A stretch of 63,354 nt of DNA, counting the filler, from Phoronis australis (Eukaryota; Animalia; Phoronida), in assembly GCA_002633005.1 (NCBI GenBank). It is 4 parts of 4 records of this genome, joined end to end, with 100 filler letters (N's around TTAATTAATTAA, not from the genome) between each part and the next. Parts side by side here need not be neighbours in the genome. Positions count along the whole stretch, not along the records: positions 1 to 10,208 come from NMRA01000136.1; positions 10,309 to 36,936 come from NMRA01000898.1; 2 more parts are not named here. One strand, written 5' to 3'. Numbering within the stretch: the first letter of the stretch is position 1; each line of letters starts with the position of its first letter. The position numbers and the translations under genes were made by a program. A model generated the notes under the pieces. It was not told the origin of the DNA, did no database searches, and was given only the letters and a program-made list of their open reading frames with translations. Shown here piece after piece: positions 1-11,555 of the stretch.

Positions 1-344
1 AGGGAATTCAGGATCATTTTGTCTATGAATAGTTTTGACTTGTACTGTATTTAAATGCATCTGGAGATTTGGGTCAGCAAAAGATGATTCCAACCACAAC
101 TCGTACCAACACACCTGAGCCATCTCTGAGTGAATTATACGGATGACTGAAGCTTTGAATACATGATGATAATACACAGTGGAAATCTTGGCCAAGTGTT
201 GTGAATAATTGATATTGTCCTTCCTGTAACACTGGATTTACTCAGAACAATTGTTTAGGATTCAGTTACAGACATATGTACAAAACACACAAAACATACA
301 ATCACAATGAATGCCGTTGTCCAACAAATTGTGATTCAGATTAC

Positions 345-517
345 CTTGGCCAGATTGGTCGACTTGCCCACCCCATTGACCCCACAGAATGTGATGGTGA
401 AAGGTCGACCATTCTGTTTGGCATCCATAGCATCACGCAGGATGTCGATACGTCGTTTGGGAGAGAGCAGTTGGAGGCACGCCTCATGGAGGGTCTGCTT
501 CACAGTGGATGCAATGC
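345..517 (-). CDS. SRPRA: SRPRA exon (GTPase P-loop)
   Basis: ttag|GCATT...GCCAAG|gtaat; RPFTITFCGVNGVGKSTNLAK. Confidence 0.96.
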
Positions 518-3500
518 CTAACAACACAACAGTGGCATTAATTTATTTTCCAACAATATAAAACACAAAAAATCACTAGCTTACATGCCTGTAAGTAGCT
601 CTTCGGAAGGTGAGTAAAAAACAAAGGTCACCATAGACCAGCATGCTCAAACAGAAGAAAAAGGAGAGAAAAAGGGAATCAGATATAATGACTCATGTGT
701 CCCATGTTAATGTTGAGACCATTGTGCTTGGCATGAGATTTGCCTGTAGGCAACATCATCTTCACTAAACTGGCATAGAGATGAATGCAAACTATTTCAT
801 CTTCATAAAACCTCTCCAGTCTCGACCCATAAATATTTTTTTAATAATAGACAAGATGCATCCTTGAGAGTCCTCAAGTAACAACTCCATCTAGTGTTTA
901 ATCATGGAACTAACCTGTTTCCAGACATAGTGCATTCAGTGCAATGTATGATGGGCTTGTTAATTTGAACATATTTAATTCAGTCTTCACAATCTTTCAG
1001 GTCACTAAATGGCATTAGAGGTCAGAGGCCCATGAAAGGTCACTAAATGTCATTAGGGGGCCAGAAGCCCATGAAACCAACATTGACCTCCTTGACTAAT
1101 ATAAATTCTCACTCTGTTCATTTGTGACTTACCACTGAATGTCCCAAGAACTTTGCCTTCCAGTTTGGTGGCAACGGATTCACATAGTTTCTCAGCAATG
1201 TCTGCAGCAACATTCTTGGCTACAGACAAATACAAAATCATATCAGACAGGCAGGAAAGCCCCAGGTAATTATGTCAAGGCCATTGCAACAATACACAAA
1301 TGCTACACAGGATGTAAACTAAGGCCCTCTTGTGACAATGTATCTCCAAATGTAAAATCCAAAACATAGGTAATAAGAAAAGCAATTAAAAAGTAGACGT
1401 TTTGCCACAACCTGGCATCTCATGGACCTAGCGATGTAATATCTATAGCATTTTTACATCATTCTACTCCTGGACCAGTAAAATTTTCCTTCAACATGAG
1501 TCTACTTAAAGACCTCCCACAAACATCCTAGCAGCTTTTTGATGGGAAACTAGACACAACCCATGAATCTGATGTTAGGGTCTTTACTCAGCTACAATGT
1601 AACCACGTTCAACTATGGATGCCTTACCTACAAGATGGTCCTTCATCTTGGCTAGTGCTGGCTCTATGTCCTCTCTGGTCAATGACTTGGAACCAACCAA
1701 GCCCTTGAACATGTTAAACACACCAAATCCGCTCGACTTGGACTGGCTGTGAAAACACAACAATGGCACAAAATGTTTCCCTCCGCTTTTTAAACAAAAT
1801 TTTTCGTAACACTTGTCCATAAAAATTAGTTTTTAAACCATGCGCGTGTGATAAGAAACACAAGGTGATTTTGACCAATAGTTAATTCACACCAGGTGGC
1901 ACTGTACTTCAGACCCTGCTACATCAAGCCCCTTATGAAAATGATGAGATCTCTTAACATTTCGACATGTGAAAACTTTGATCAAAACCTTACGGTGGCC
2001 CGAAAGTATCATAGCTATTTTAGTTTATTAATTTTTTAATTTTTCCTTTTCCACCCAGGAGGAAATATTTCAACCTAGGTGGAAACTATTTTCACCCGGG
2101 TGGAAACTATTTCAACCTAGGTGGAAATTATTTTCACCCGGGTGGAAATTATTTCAACCTAGGTGGAAATTATTTTCACCCGGGTGGAAAATATTTCAAC
2201 CTAGGTGGAAATTATTTTCACCCGGGTGGAAATTATTTCAACCTACGTGGAAATTATTTCAACCTAGGTGGAAATTATTTTCACCCGGGTGGAAACTATT
2301 TCAACCTAGGTGGAAATTATTTTCACACGGGTGGAAATTATTTCAACCTAGGTTGAAATATTTCCTCCTAGGTGGAAAAGGAAAAATAAAAAAATAATAA
2401 ACTAAAATAGCGATGATACTTTCGGGCCACCGTAATCCTCAAATGTGACACTATTCACCCAGTTCTTACTACTTTAGTACAATGCTCAGTTTGTCCTAGC
2501 TCAGCTTTTCCCTGGTCTTACTGAGAACTACCTCGGTATGCTACAGATTAACACACTGCTTGTAGACACATTGAAGGATGTCCAAACACAGGAGTGTTAA
2601 ACAGCAGCAATGCCATGATTACCTCTTGTTCTGGGAGGTGGAGCTAGTGTCTTGCACTTCTTCCTCGTCACTAGACTCTGGCTCCATGTCGCGAAGATTA
2701 CCTCCCATGGTGCCGACCAATGACAGCTGCAGGGAGAAGAAAGCCAACATCATAATGAAACTGGTTATTACCACACTAACATGAATGACGTGAAAAGGTT
2801 TCTGTCTCTAGTTGGTACACTAGGGTAGTTTGATCTCAATATTTACAGTTTATTATTTTCATGTACTTTGGAGCATCTTACTGAATTTTTTCCGTCTGAA
2901 ATTGTCAAGCCAATGATCTTGGGTGCAGCAGATTCCAAAGAGTTTACAAAATCTATTCTTTTTACCAATTAATCAAATGATGGAGCAATAACTTTTTGCC
3001 ATAGATTTGGCAAAGCCAGTTGAATTTTTTTATGTAATGAGTTTACAAAACCTGTTCTCATTAGCCACAATTCGGGAAATCTTCACAGCAATAATTTGAA
3101 GTCTAGGGATTTGCCATAATTTTGACAAAGCCAGTTGATTTTTCTATGAAATGAGTCATTTTTAGAAATTACTATACCCAAGGACAATGATTTTGAAGAA
3201 ATCAAATGCGAAAAAATGGTAAAATGCTCCTGAGTACAATACTACATACTGTAAACACCCAGTTTCAGGTGAACTACTTCACAATATGAGCTATGTAAAG
3301 AAATACATCCGTCTATCATGTCATAAAAACAAAAAGCATGGATTAACACATTTTTGTCAGGAATCAAATGATGGTTTACATTCACTGTACTCAGAACATA
3401 ACACACGGTTGTAGCGCAACATAACCAAGTTACATACAGTTATGGGCTGGGCTACAACAGCAACATTCATAACTACACATTCTGAGTTGCCTGTTGCTCA

Positions 3501-6500
3501 GCCCAATACTAGACAATCATGTCACTGTGACAGCTCCATACCGATGCCTCATCTGCCAGTTCTTCACCGTTCTGTGCCTCAGAGCCCACTATTACAGGTG
3601 AGCTGAAGTCGAGTGTCGCACGGTCCTTTGTGCTGCCCGCATTGTCCCACTGGCGGTCCTGTTTTCCCTTTTTCTTGGTCGACTCTTCGCGTTTTGGGCT
3701 GAAACATGAAATCTTGACATAATCTGTGCATCTTGGTCTAGAACCATATTAGCATCCACTGGACAACAGTTGAAGTGAAGCTCCACCATTAGTTCAGAGA
3801 AAAAGTCAAAATCATTTCTGGTCCAACATTTAAAAGCACCTGTTTTTTCAGATGATTTCAAAAGAGTTTTAGCATTGAATGATTTTCTGCCATTACGTAT
3901 TACCAAGCTAAAACAAATTTCTGAAAAATCTGTCCACTTTTTTCATAAACTACTGAACACAGCACAAAATGGTTAATGCTTTTTCTAAAGACATGTGCAA
4001 AACAAGCCATAAGTATTCAGTAAAATGACCTGGACTTGCCCGGCATGCCGGCTGGGTCGGATGCCAAATTCATTGAAAATGTTGTCTCCCCTGACGACTC
4101 ACAATGAAGGAGAATTAACAGGTTAGAACAGGTAGCTAAATCATCCTGCAATTTTGCTACTATAATATTTATCATCAGTTTGTTTTGCATAACTAGACGA
4201 CATGACGAGAAGACAGTATTTTGTCCAATTCCTTTTGTCTTGTACTGTAATGACAACGACTAACTCTGCCTACATCGCCCTCATCTTACCTGGCAGTGAT
4301 GGCCTTTGACTTCTTCCCCCCTCCCATCTGCTTCCTGAAGAACGCCTCCCGGTTCTTACGCACTGTCTCCTCATCCAGCTCTCCGTTCACCGAGACTTCG
4401 CTCACTTTCGTCTCCAGCTTTGCCTTATCAATGTTTTCTTTATTAGCTGGAATAATATATGGAGTTACAGTACAAGCCAAAAGTATTCACACAAAAACTA
4501 CCCAAAATTCCCCCATCGTCACGGCTACACGAATGCCAAATTCATCGTCAAAGAAGTCTACCATGACACAAAATGAAGAGGAATAACAGAACAGCGAGTA
4601 AGGTGGCTAAACCATTCTGTCGTCCTTACAGTTAGTGCTTGTCATTCTTGATGTATACAGAATTGGCTGTTATGACAGGAAAACGGTATTTTGTCTGATT
4701 ATTTTTGTTATATACTTAAAATCAAAACAAACCTGAACATAATCACAGCCACCAACAGCTTCATACTTAATGCACAAATTTCTCAACTACTTTTTTATAC
4801 CTTTTCAAGCACACAAATTCCTAAGGAAAAAAGGTCGGAGATGGAAGATGTTTTAGAGAAGGAACATCGTGGAGTAAAAATATAGGTGTCCCCACCGTCA
4901 GACATAGCCTCAACTGGCACAAGTTATGGGCAATAGTCACTTGCAAGTCTTCTACATTTTAGGAACCAGTTTGATGCCTGATATTCAGTGGAGGTATTAC
5001 TAGTTCTCAAAATGAAGGGACTCCTGTAAGTAACGATTACTACTTTACTGATGAAGGTGCACACACTTGCAATCACATTTTCTGTAGCAACTTTATCTCT
5101 ATTTTGATGTCCCCATTATTTGTACACAAAAATTTAATGGATAAAACAAGTGTAGCTTAAATAAGAAGCTGTTTATAGCTTTTTGAAGAAACAAGATCTG
5201 CAGCATCAGCATGGTAGTGACACAAATATCATAGCTAATTTTAAAAACTACATTGTATGAATTATCCAAACCAAACTTAACTATCATCATCTGTTATAAT
5301 TGTTATTTCATAATCACACAGAAATCTTTATTATTTCAAATCTTCCTCAAACAAATAGCAAAATTAACGAAATCTACACTTTGCTAGGACCTGTAAATAA
5401 GCTTGTGTCTCCCATAATCCTCAACCATGGACATTGAATGACAGTAAGGGACAACGTTGAAGAAATGCGTTGCCGTGACAGCAAGGCAGTTAGCTTGGAA
5501 ATTTCTATGGAATTTGAACAAAATGCAACAAGAGTGGCTAGACCTAAGTGAACACGATTAGCTCACACCAGGTGTTGACAATACCTTTATTATTCTTCTC
5601 TGCTTTGTTTGGTTTCTTCTCTTCATTTTTCTTATTTTCAATCATAGAACTCACAGTTTTTTTGGATTTGTGAGAATCTTCAAACGTGCGCATTTTCCTG
5701 CAACAGCAACTCTTGTGTTAACAAACAATGACATTCCATCAGATGTCCACAGCATGCTAACAATTGCAAAAACAAACAAAAATAGTGATCCATAATCAGG
5801 GTGGAGAAAAATCAGGCTAGTCAGATTAATAAATACACCACCAGTCATTTGCGATTCAGATTTGGTTTAGGCATAGTACTTGTACTCCAGCTGGTGAGTT
5901 TAAAGTGTTCAGCCAAGGAGACTCCATCTGGAAATGAGGGTTTCGTAATAAAATTGATCCAAATTGTTGCCCCTTCAGATTAAACCATAAAAGCATAGTT
6001 GGTTATTGCATATGTGTGCCAGCATCAGTCTGAGACCTGCACCTCTCTACTAAAAGACAAATGCCATGTCTGCATCAATTTTAGCCTGGTTCTCAAACTG
6101 TTCAAACATCACACAATGCATGCAATCAAGGTTATTTAACGTCGTGGTTTACCAACTCAGTCACAATCACCTCCTGACTGATGGCCGTCGATGAATAAAA
6201 ATAAGTTACGACCACTGCCTGACATGGACCAATCAGAGCAAGGAACAAGCCGAGACCAGTTTATAAACATATGCGGTCTAAATCAAAAGTGGCAGAAGGA
6301 TGGCTCAGTACGCTTTGCATGAGATACATGTAACAAGTGACATAGTCCTACTTTTTAAAGCGTAATTTATCATTCTGATGCATTGTATCATTATAGGAGT
6401 GTCCTAAAGATCGATGTCCACAGAAATAAAGTAAAACTGTGCAACGACCATTTGGTCTGTCAGCTATATATGCTTTTATGAAGAACAATACATCTCATGG

Positions 6501-9500
6501 ATAGACGACAAAATAAATGGAGGAAAAAGGTTTCACATTTCATATCATACTTAAAGTGACATTATTAGTGAGAAAAGTTATTTTTTGAAATTAGTCATAG
6601 CGCGGATTTGAACTGGGAACCTTTGAGTTTGCAGACAAATATTATGCCAATGAGTTAATCACACTTGATAAATGACAATGTTTCTAACGGGCTAAGTCAC
6701 CAGCCTCGATTTCAGTCAATGTCTGGAAGATACCGGCGAGAATTTACTATTGGTAATAAATTCACAAAACACAAGGGATCTAAATATTTTATACTTTTGG
6801 TCAAAGCTACCAACTTCAAAATGTCTCTCCCATCTAACAATAACCCCAAGAATGTATTTTTTCGGCCATAGAACAATACTTTCCACTTAAACCAGCTGGT
6901 TCACTTTTTTTGAAAAATCAAACTTTGCATTAGATGCAGAGAAGGGAAACAGTACCTTCCAAATACTGGTTATTTTAATAAATACGTTAAAACTCCTCAA
7001 CCTCACCTCTAAGTCAGTTCTCTGTTAGTATATAAATGAAACATAACATTGAATAAGTCAGCTGGAAATAGGCTTCCATTCCAACAGCATTTGAAAAAGA
7101 TCAAAAACTCCATTTAGATGGTAACCTTACAAATAAGCATCCATGTTTGGGACTCTTATGTGCAACCGGGAAATTGATTTGAATCCTTGTTAACACTGGC
7201 ATACAATAGAGTATTGCACAGAAGTTGTCTCCTGCTCTTTTGAGCTTTTTCTTAGCAGTGGCTGGATACAAGAGAATGAATGAGAACTGGATACAAGAGA
7301 ATGAATGAGAACCCTGATACAATGTGAACAACACGTTCATAAGTGAGAAAAACAAACAACTGAGCTTTCATAATATGTTCTTTTTGCACAACTATTATTG
7401 ATTAGTTATCACAGTATCACTGTGTAACTTGTTGCTATTTTCAAACTAAACGTGGAAGAGTTTTCTCTCATTTGTCTTCATGATGTAACAGTACAAGATT
7501 GCAATAACGCATAATGGAAGAATTTTATTAAATAAATAAAAAAGTAATAAAACTGTGCTATAAAACTATTTTAATTATACAGTGCTAACAAAACAACTTA
7601 ATCAATCAATCAGCCACACAAAGTGTCAATCACAGTAATGAGATGCAGATATTAAACTCATTTGAGGATCAAAAGTCACAGGTCACTTCACTAAATGATT
7701 TGATTGGTGCTTCCATGCCAGGAACTCCTTTGGATGACCCAGTTTGCCAAATGGTGATTCGTGCATTAGGGCACAACCGTTTCAATTCCAGAATAACAGC
7801 AGCTGCCTTTGTGTCAACAGCCATGTTGTAATTCATTCCCATGCCAGACTTAGATTTGCAAAGGCTTGCACTGGTTTCTAAAGTGAGATTCATGAGAAGA
7901 ACTGATACGACACGTGATTTGTTTTTGATCGAATCAAGGCACTTACGGAAACTTGTTAAGCCACCAAAGCACCATAATGCAATGTTACTGTTATGTGAAT
8001 TCACATAGTCTACAGCCTTTGTGAAATTTGGATGCAGCTCAGATTCTGCAAGATCGCTGAAGAAAGTCAATCGCTGGTTAACATCAAGTTGAAAATGTTC
8101 CACATGTCTGCGCAGAGTGTCTGTAGGACTGCTGGGTCGACACGCTCCAGGTTCGTAGAACATCCAGTCTCTCCAGTAGATGCAGCTCGATACACCTGCC
8201 GACTGATACAGACAACCACAGTTAAACTCCACACTGTCACCAAGGCCAATAGAATCAAGCATGGCTTGCCAATTTCGAATAACAGCATTACAGGCTTTCA
8301 TCTGCATCGTCTCGTCACAAACTCCACTTTCCCACTCCTCAACGCTAATGAAGTCTAAAACTTTATCTGACGGAATCGTTTTATGTACAAACTCTCCATT
8401 TTCTAACACAACTGAGGTTAAATTTCCATGGCCATCCTTGACAGCATGAGGTATGCGAGGGTCACCGGGAGGATAATCCAGAATAAGTCTGGGTTTATGT
8501 TTGGCCTTTCGAAATGCGCTCGCAATCACAGATGCCGCTGCCTGGCAGTCGTAATCAGTCGGAGAAAAGAACGCCAACAGAGAAATCTCCACATAATCAC
8601 CGCTGACACGCAAACCATCCAATAACAAATCGCGTCCGCTAGATGCGAACATTTCTGCATTCACACAACCAGACACGTACAACTCCTTCGAAACAGCATC
8701 ATGCCAGGTCGTCTTCGTCAGAGCTTGAAAAACGCTCCACTGACTCAGACAGTCCACTACATCTGAGGCTAACTTGTTTTGGCTAAACATCTCATTGAGC
8801 AGGTTTCCAAAGCTTTCAATTTCCCACTTGTCCACGCGTAGATTCCTCGCTCTTGCTGCCTGGCTAATGCAAGCCACTAGCTTCACATGACTACCAGACA
8901 CCCTGTTGACTGTCCACAAGGGATGCTTCTTTGCTGTGAACATCAGCTCTGCAAGGGGCAGAACAATCGCCTCACCGTCATGCACCATCCAGGGGTCCAC
9001 ATACCACTCCACCTGTTGGCGAGCATGAGGACAGAGTTCTGCAGTGATGGCGTCTAGGTTGAAAGCAGGAGAGGTGAAGTTTGGTTGAAAGTCTCTGTTA
9101 ATTCCCCACCAGTGTCGGTTCAAGTCATGCACAAGGTCTCGTAGGGAGTATTCTGGGATGATACTTGATCTAGAAATGAGTTTTTGGTAACTTGTCCATA
9201 TTTAAAGTCACCATGTCCTGACGCAAGAAGATGCGGAAGTAAACAGTCACAGATTTTAGGATCATGACAAAGAAAGCACAGATATCAAGGGTGGCACTTA
9301 CAAATATATTGGACACCTTCACACAAGGATTGTATTACTCGTTTCCATAGTCTTGAAAGAAAGGGACTTGATGACAACAACTTACTAAAACTGAAAGACC
9401 GTCCAAAGTCTATCTTACAACTTTTTAATCTTTCAGTCGGGAAATTTATTTTTTGCACTCTATGAAAGTTGTGTATGTTTATAATAATATCATTTGGGTT

Positions 9501-10187
9501 AATCATGCATCTCACTGTAACAATGTATTGTAAAGCACATAAAATGTTATCCACTATATAAATATCGATTCGAATAAAAAAGTCATAATAATAAAAATAC
9601 ACATAGTCATAACAATCATAAAAATAAGAAGTCATAATAATTATTATAAAAATACAACAGTAAATAATAATAATAATAATAATAATATTAATAATAATAA
9701 TAATACCCACACTTTAAATTTTAAACTGCAAGTAATCAACTTTGCAGCAGTGAGTTTTCATGTTGAAGCAATCAATGAACCCTATTCACTCCATGGATTT
9801 ATCACCCTTAATTACCAACACAAACTTGCCCTATAAAAAAGTTAATAACCAAAACAACCCCAAACACTAATCAAAACAGTGGTTTTAAAAGGCAACCGTG
9901 AATGGACTTTAATAATAATAACAATAATGATGATAACAATTAATGATAATACATAAAACTTCTACCTAACACTAGATGTCACTGAATACTTACTTTGGTG
10001 CTTTCTCCTGCTGATGACTCAAGTCTTCATTGGTCTTGAGTATCCGTTGAAAATCCTCAGTGAAGTTGAAATTACGCGATATCTTGCCCAACTGCAGGTC
10101 GTCTTTGTACTTGTTCTTGAACTCTCGCTGGATGTCGTCCAATAGCTTGTCTATATACGACAACTGCAGTATTTTTTGATACGCCAC
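345..10187 (-). CDS. SRPRA: Signal recognition particle receptor subunit alpha, partial; exons 10187-9994, 5697-5585, 4446-4290, 3698-3542, 2726-2623, 1746-1628, 1219-1133, 517-345
   Basis: All exons are AG/GT bounded and phases join (0-2-1-2-0-2-1-1-0). Translation: VAYQKILQLSYIDKLLDDIQREF (end of SRX/longin domain), K/E-rich linker, FNMFKGLVGSKSLTREDIEPALAKMKDHLVAKNVAADIAEKLCESVATKLEGKVLGTF (N domain) and P-loop ITFCGVNGVGKSTNLAK (SRP GTPase G1). N-terminal exons not found (possibly in gap 10209-10308); the C-terminal part lies beyond position 1. Confidence 0.96.
1133..1219 (-). CDS. SRPRA: SRPRA exon (N domain)
   Basis: tgtag|CCAAG...AGTG|gtaag; AKNVAADIAEKLCESVATKLEGKVLGTFS. Confidence 0.95.
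1628..1746 (-). CDS. SRPRA: SRPRA exon (N domain)
   Basis: acag|CCAG...GTAG|gtaag; FNMFKGLVGSKSLTREDIEPALAKMKDHLV. Confidence 0.95.
1993..2432. mobile_element. MITE/foldback element with ~90-bp TIRs, TA flanks and internal 21-bp tandem array
   Basis: TA|CGGTGGCCCGAAAGTATCAT...ATGATACTTTCGGGCCACCG|TA; interior made of GGTGGAAATTATTTCAACCTA and GGTGGAAATTATTTTCACCCG units. Confidence 0.9.
2623..2726 (-). CDS. SRPRA: SRPRA exon (acidic linker)
   Basis: ctgcag|CTGTCA...AAGAG|gtaat; LSLVGTMGGNLRDMEPESSDEEE. Confidence 0.88.
3542..3698 (-). CDS. SRPRA: SRPRA exon (linker)
   Basis: ttcag|CCCAAAA...GCATCG|gtatg; PKREESTKKKGKQDRQWDNAGSTKDRATLDFS resembles KGKKAPRVWELGG...LDYS. Confidence 0.9.
4020..4250 (+). 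mobile_element. ~250-bp interspersed repeat (TACAGTACAAG...CTTGTACTGTA MITE family), degraded copy
   Basis: Similar to 4466-4710 and to the reverse complement of 58047-58305; ends TTTTGTCTTGTACTGTA. Confidence 0.6.
4290..4446 (-). CDS. SRPRA: SRPRA exon (linker)
   Basis: ttccag|CT...GCCAG|gtaag; NGELDEETVRKNREAFFRKQMGGG. Confidence 0.9.
4466..4710 (+). mobile_element. Same ~250-bp MITE family
   Basis: Starts TACAGTACAAGCCAAAAG; ACAGAATTGGCTGTTATGACAGGAAAACGGTATTTTGTCTGATT matches the reverse complement of 58063-58111. Confidence 0.7.
5585..5697 (-). CDS. SRPRA: SRPRA exon (linker), not called in the ORF track
   Basis: ttgcag|GAAAATG...AAAG|gtatt; KMRTFEDSHKSKKTVSSMIENKK resembles SRPRA MKKFEDSEKAKKPVRSMIE. 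Confidence 0.92.
6595..6665 (-). mobile_element. Degenerate tRNA-derived SINE head
   Basis: Minus strand TAACTCATTGG (A-box-like) ... AGTTCAAATCC (B-box-like); no good acceptor stem. Confidence 0.4.
7669..9169 (-). CDS. Large nested ORF/exon in SRPRA intron; divergent nucleoside hydrolase (IU-NH)-like fold, apparently permuted
   Basis: About 500 stop-free codons in otherwise ORF-poor DNA. NH-like motifs: PTDYDCQAAA, IRNWQAMLDSIG, ALWCFGGLTSF, VLLMN, NYNMAVDTKAAAVIL, and N-terminal VHDGEA. Track start 9132 is GTG; first ATG is at 8988; candidate acceptor tttctag| at 9170; minus-strand AATAAA at 7524-7529. Confidence 0.75.
9560..9705. repeat. AT-rich low complexity / (AAT)n microsatellite
   Basis: (aat)n run at 9663-9704. 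Confidence 0.9.
9994..10187 (-). CDS. SRPRA: SRPRA exon (C-terminal part of SRX domain)
   Basis: cag|GTGGCG...CCAAA|gtaagt; VAYQKILQLSYIDKLLDDIQREFKNKYKDDL...; ends in phase 2. Confidence 0.95.
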
Positions 10188-10208
10188 CTGACACAAGACA
10201 CAGGAATA

Positions 10209-10308
10209 NNNNNNNNNNNNNNNNNNNNNNNNNNNNNNNNNNNNNNNNNNNNTTAATTAATTAANNNNNNNNNNNNNNNNNNNNNNNNNNNNNNNNNNNN
10301 NNNNNNNN
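10209..10308. other. Assembly gap with TTAATTAATTAA linker (same at 36937-37036 and 60455-60554)
   Basis: N-run, ttaattaattaa, N-run, 100 bp each. Confidence 0.97.
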
Positions 10309-10477
10309 AGTGAAGAAAAGGTTACAAATCAAGTGATGTGTGTTTTGCTAGGCAAAACCCAGTGAGAACTGTTCTGTGCCTCCCTATCTATAGTCTATGA
10401 TTCCAGTAGGGAGCGATGAATCAGCGCGGCTTTGCGTGATTTTGTATTTCACATCATAAAGAGTTCCATAGCAAATC

Positions 10478-10670
10478 GAGTATGAGTGTCAGATTGGAGT
10501 ACGTTTGGAGTCTACTCGAAATACGACATTAGATACGCTTTTTTGAGTACGACTCCAGTGAGCACGATTTTGAGTATGAAATCTCGAGTATGAGTATGAG
10601 TCTGAGTACGGAGATTGGAGACCGGGCCCAGAAGTTCTCGTGTATGACTCGAAGTCTGCGTGTGACTCGG
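10478..10670. repeat. Degenerate GAGTAT/GAGTAC short-unit repeat with partial self-complementarity
   Basis: gagtatgagtatgagtctgagtacgg; cgagt/actcg motifs. Confidence 0.6.
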
Positions 10671-11555
10671 GGTTTGTATAAATGACTTTTAGGTGCCCTT
10701 GTGCTATAGTTGCTGATAAATGTTGAACATAAGGCAACCGTCTTTTTTACTTAAATGTGATTGTGGCCATGGTGTATTTTTCAGTGGATCTGAACTTTCG
10801 GGTATTAATGCTATATCAAGTGATTCTGCCTGTAACAACACACCTTTGAGGTATGTATCCAGGTTATTCATTACATAGGTGATGTGAATGTACTGATCTT
10901 TAGAATTTGAGAGAACTTGTCAGTAATTGGGTGCTCATAAAGTAAATCAGCAACAAATTGTTTGCAAAAACATTAATAGTATTATAACTGATCATTGAAT
11001 AATTTTGTAAAATGTTATGAGCGTGTAATATGCATGGTGTATTTTCGTAAAATGAATTTTTCTACATGTCTGAAATGTTCAGAAATGGTGTGCAGATGGT
11101 TCTCTTCTTAGCATGACTGAATTTTGCATACTCTGTATATATGTTTTGTACACTTTTGTGAATTGTAGAGATATACCAAAAGAAATACCGTCGAAACGCA
11201 AATGGGCACCAGTTTTGTTGATCCTTTTGAGTACTACTAATTTTACCATATTTGTGTTTTTAACATCACAAGTTGACATTTCTAACATTCGAACACAGTG
11301 TGGACAATTCACATATTGCATTCTTTGATACTGATTGCTGTACAATTCAAAAGTTTACATTTGATGACGAAGTTGAAGTCATTGGGATTTTAAGGAGTTT
11401 TTATAAATGAGTTATCATACACAATCCATAAAATTTGTCATGGTATTTCATTCGACATCAAGTCGTAAATGTGTGCTCCGGATAGAATTTCCTAAGTCTG
11501 TATTCTGAGTTGTAAGAGTAGAGATCACGTCGTATAAGGTTCAGTTTCTAGACTA

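Noticed and set aside
8032-8625. Plus-strand ORFs overlapping the nested ORF
   Set aside because: Antisense shadows of the long minus-strand ORF.
9285-9287. TGA in a Cys-rich frame as possible selenocysteine
   Set aside because: No SECIS element recognised, and this frame does not join the long ORF without a frameshift.
9285-9710. 141-aa Ile/Tyr-rich 'membrane' ORF
   Set aside because: The N-terminal part is a translated (ATT)n microsatellite.
10253-10264. TTAATTAATTAA palindrome found three times
   Set aside because: Artificial linker inside the N gaps, with stops in all frames.
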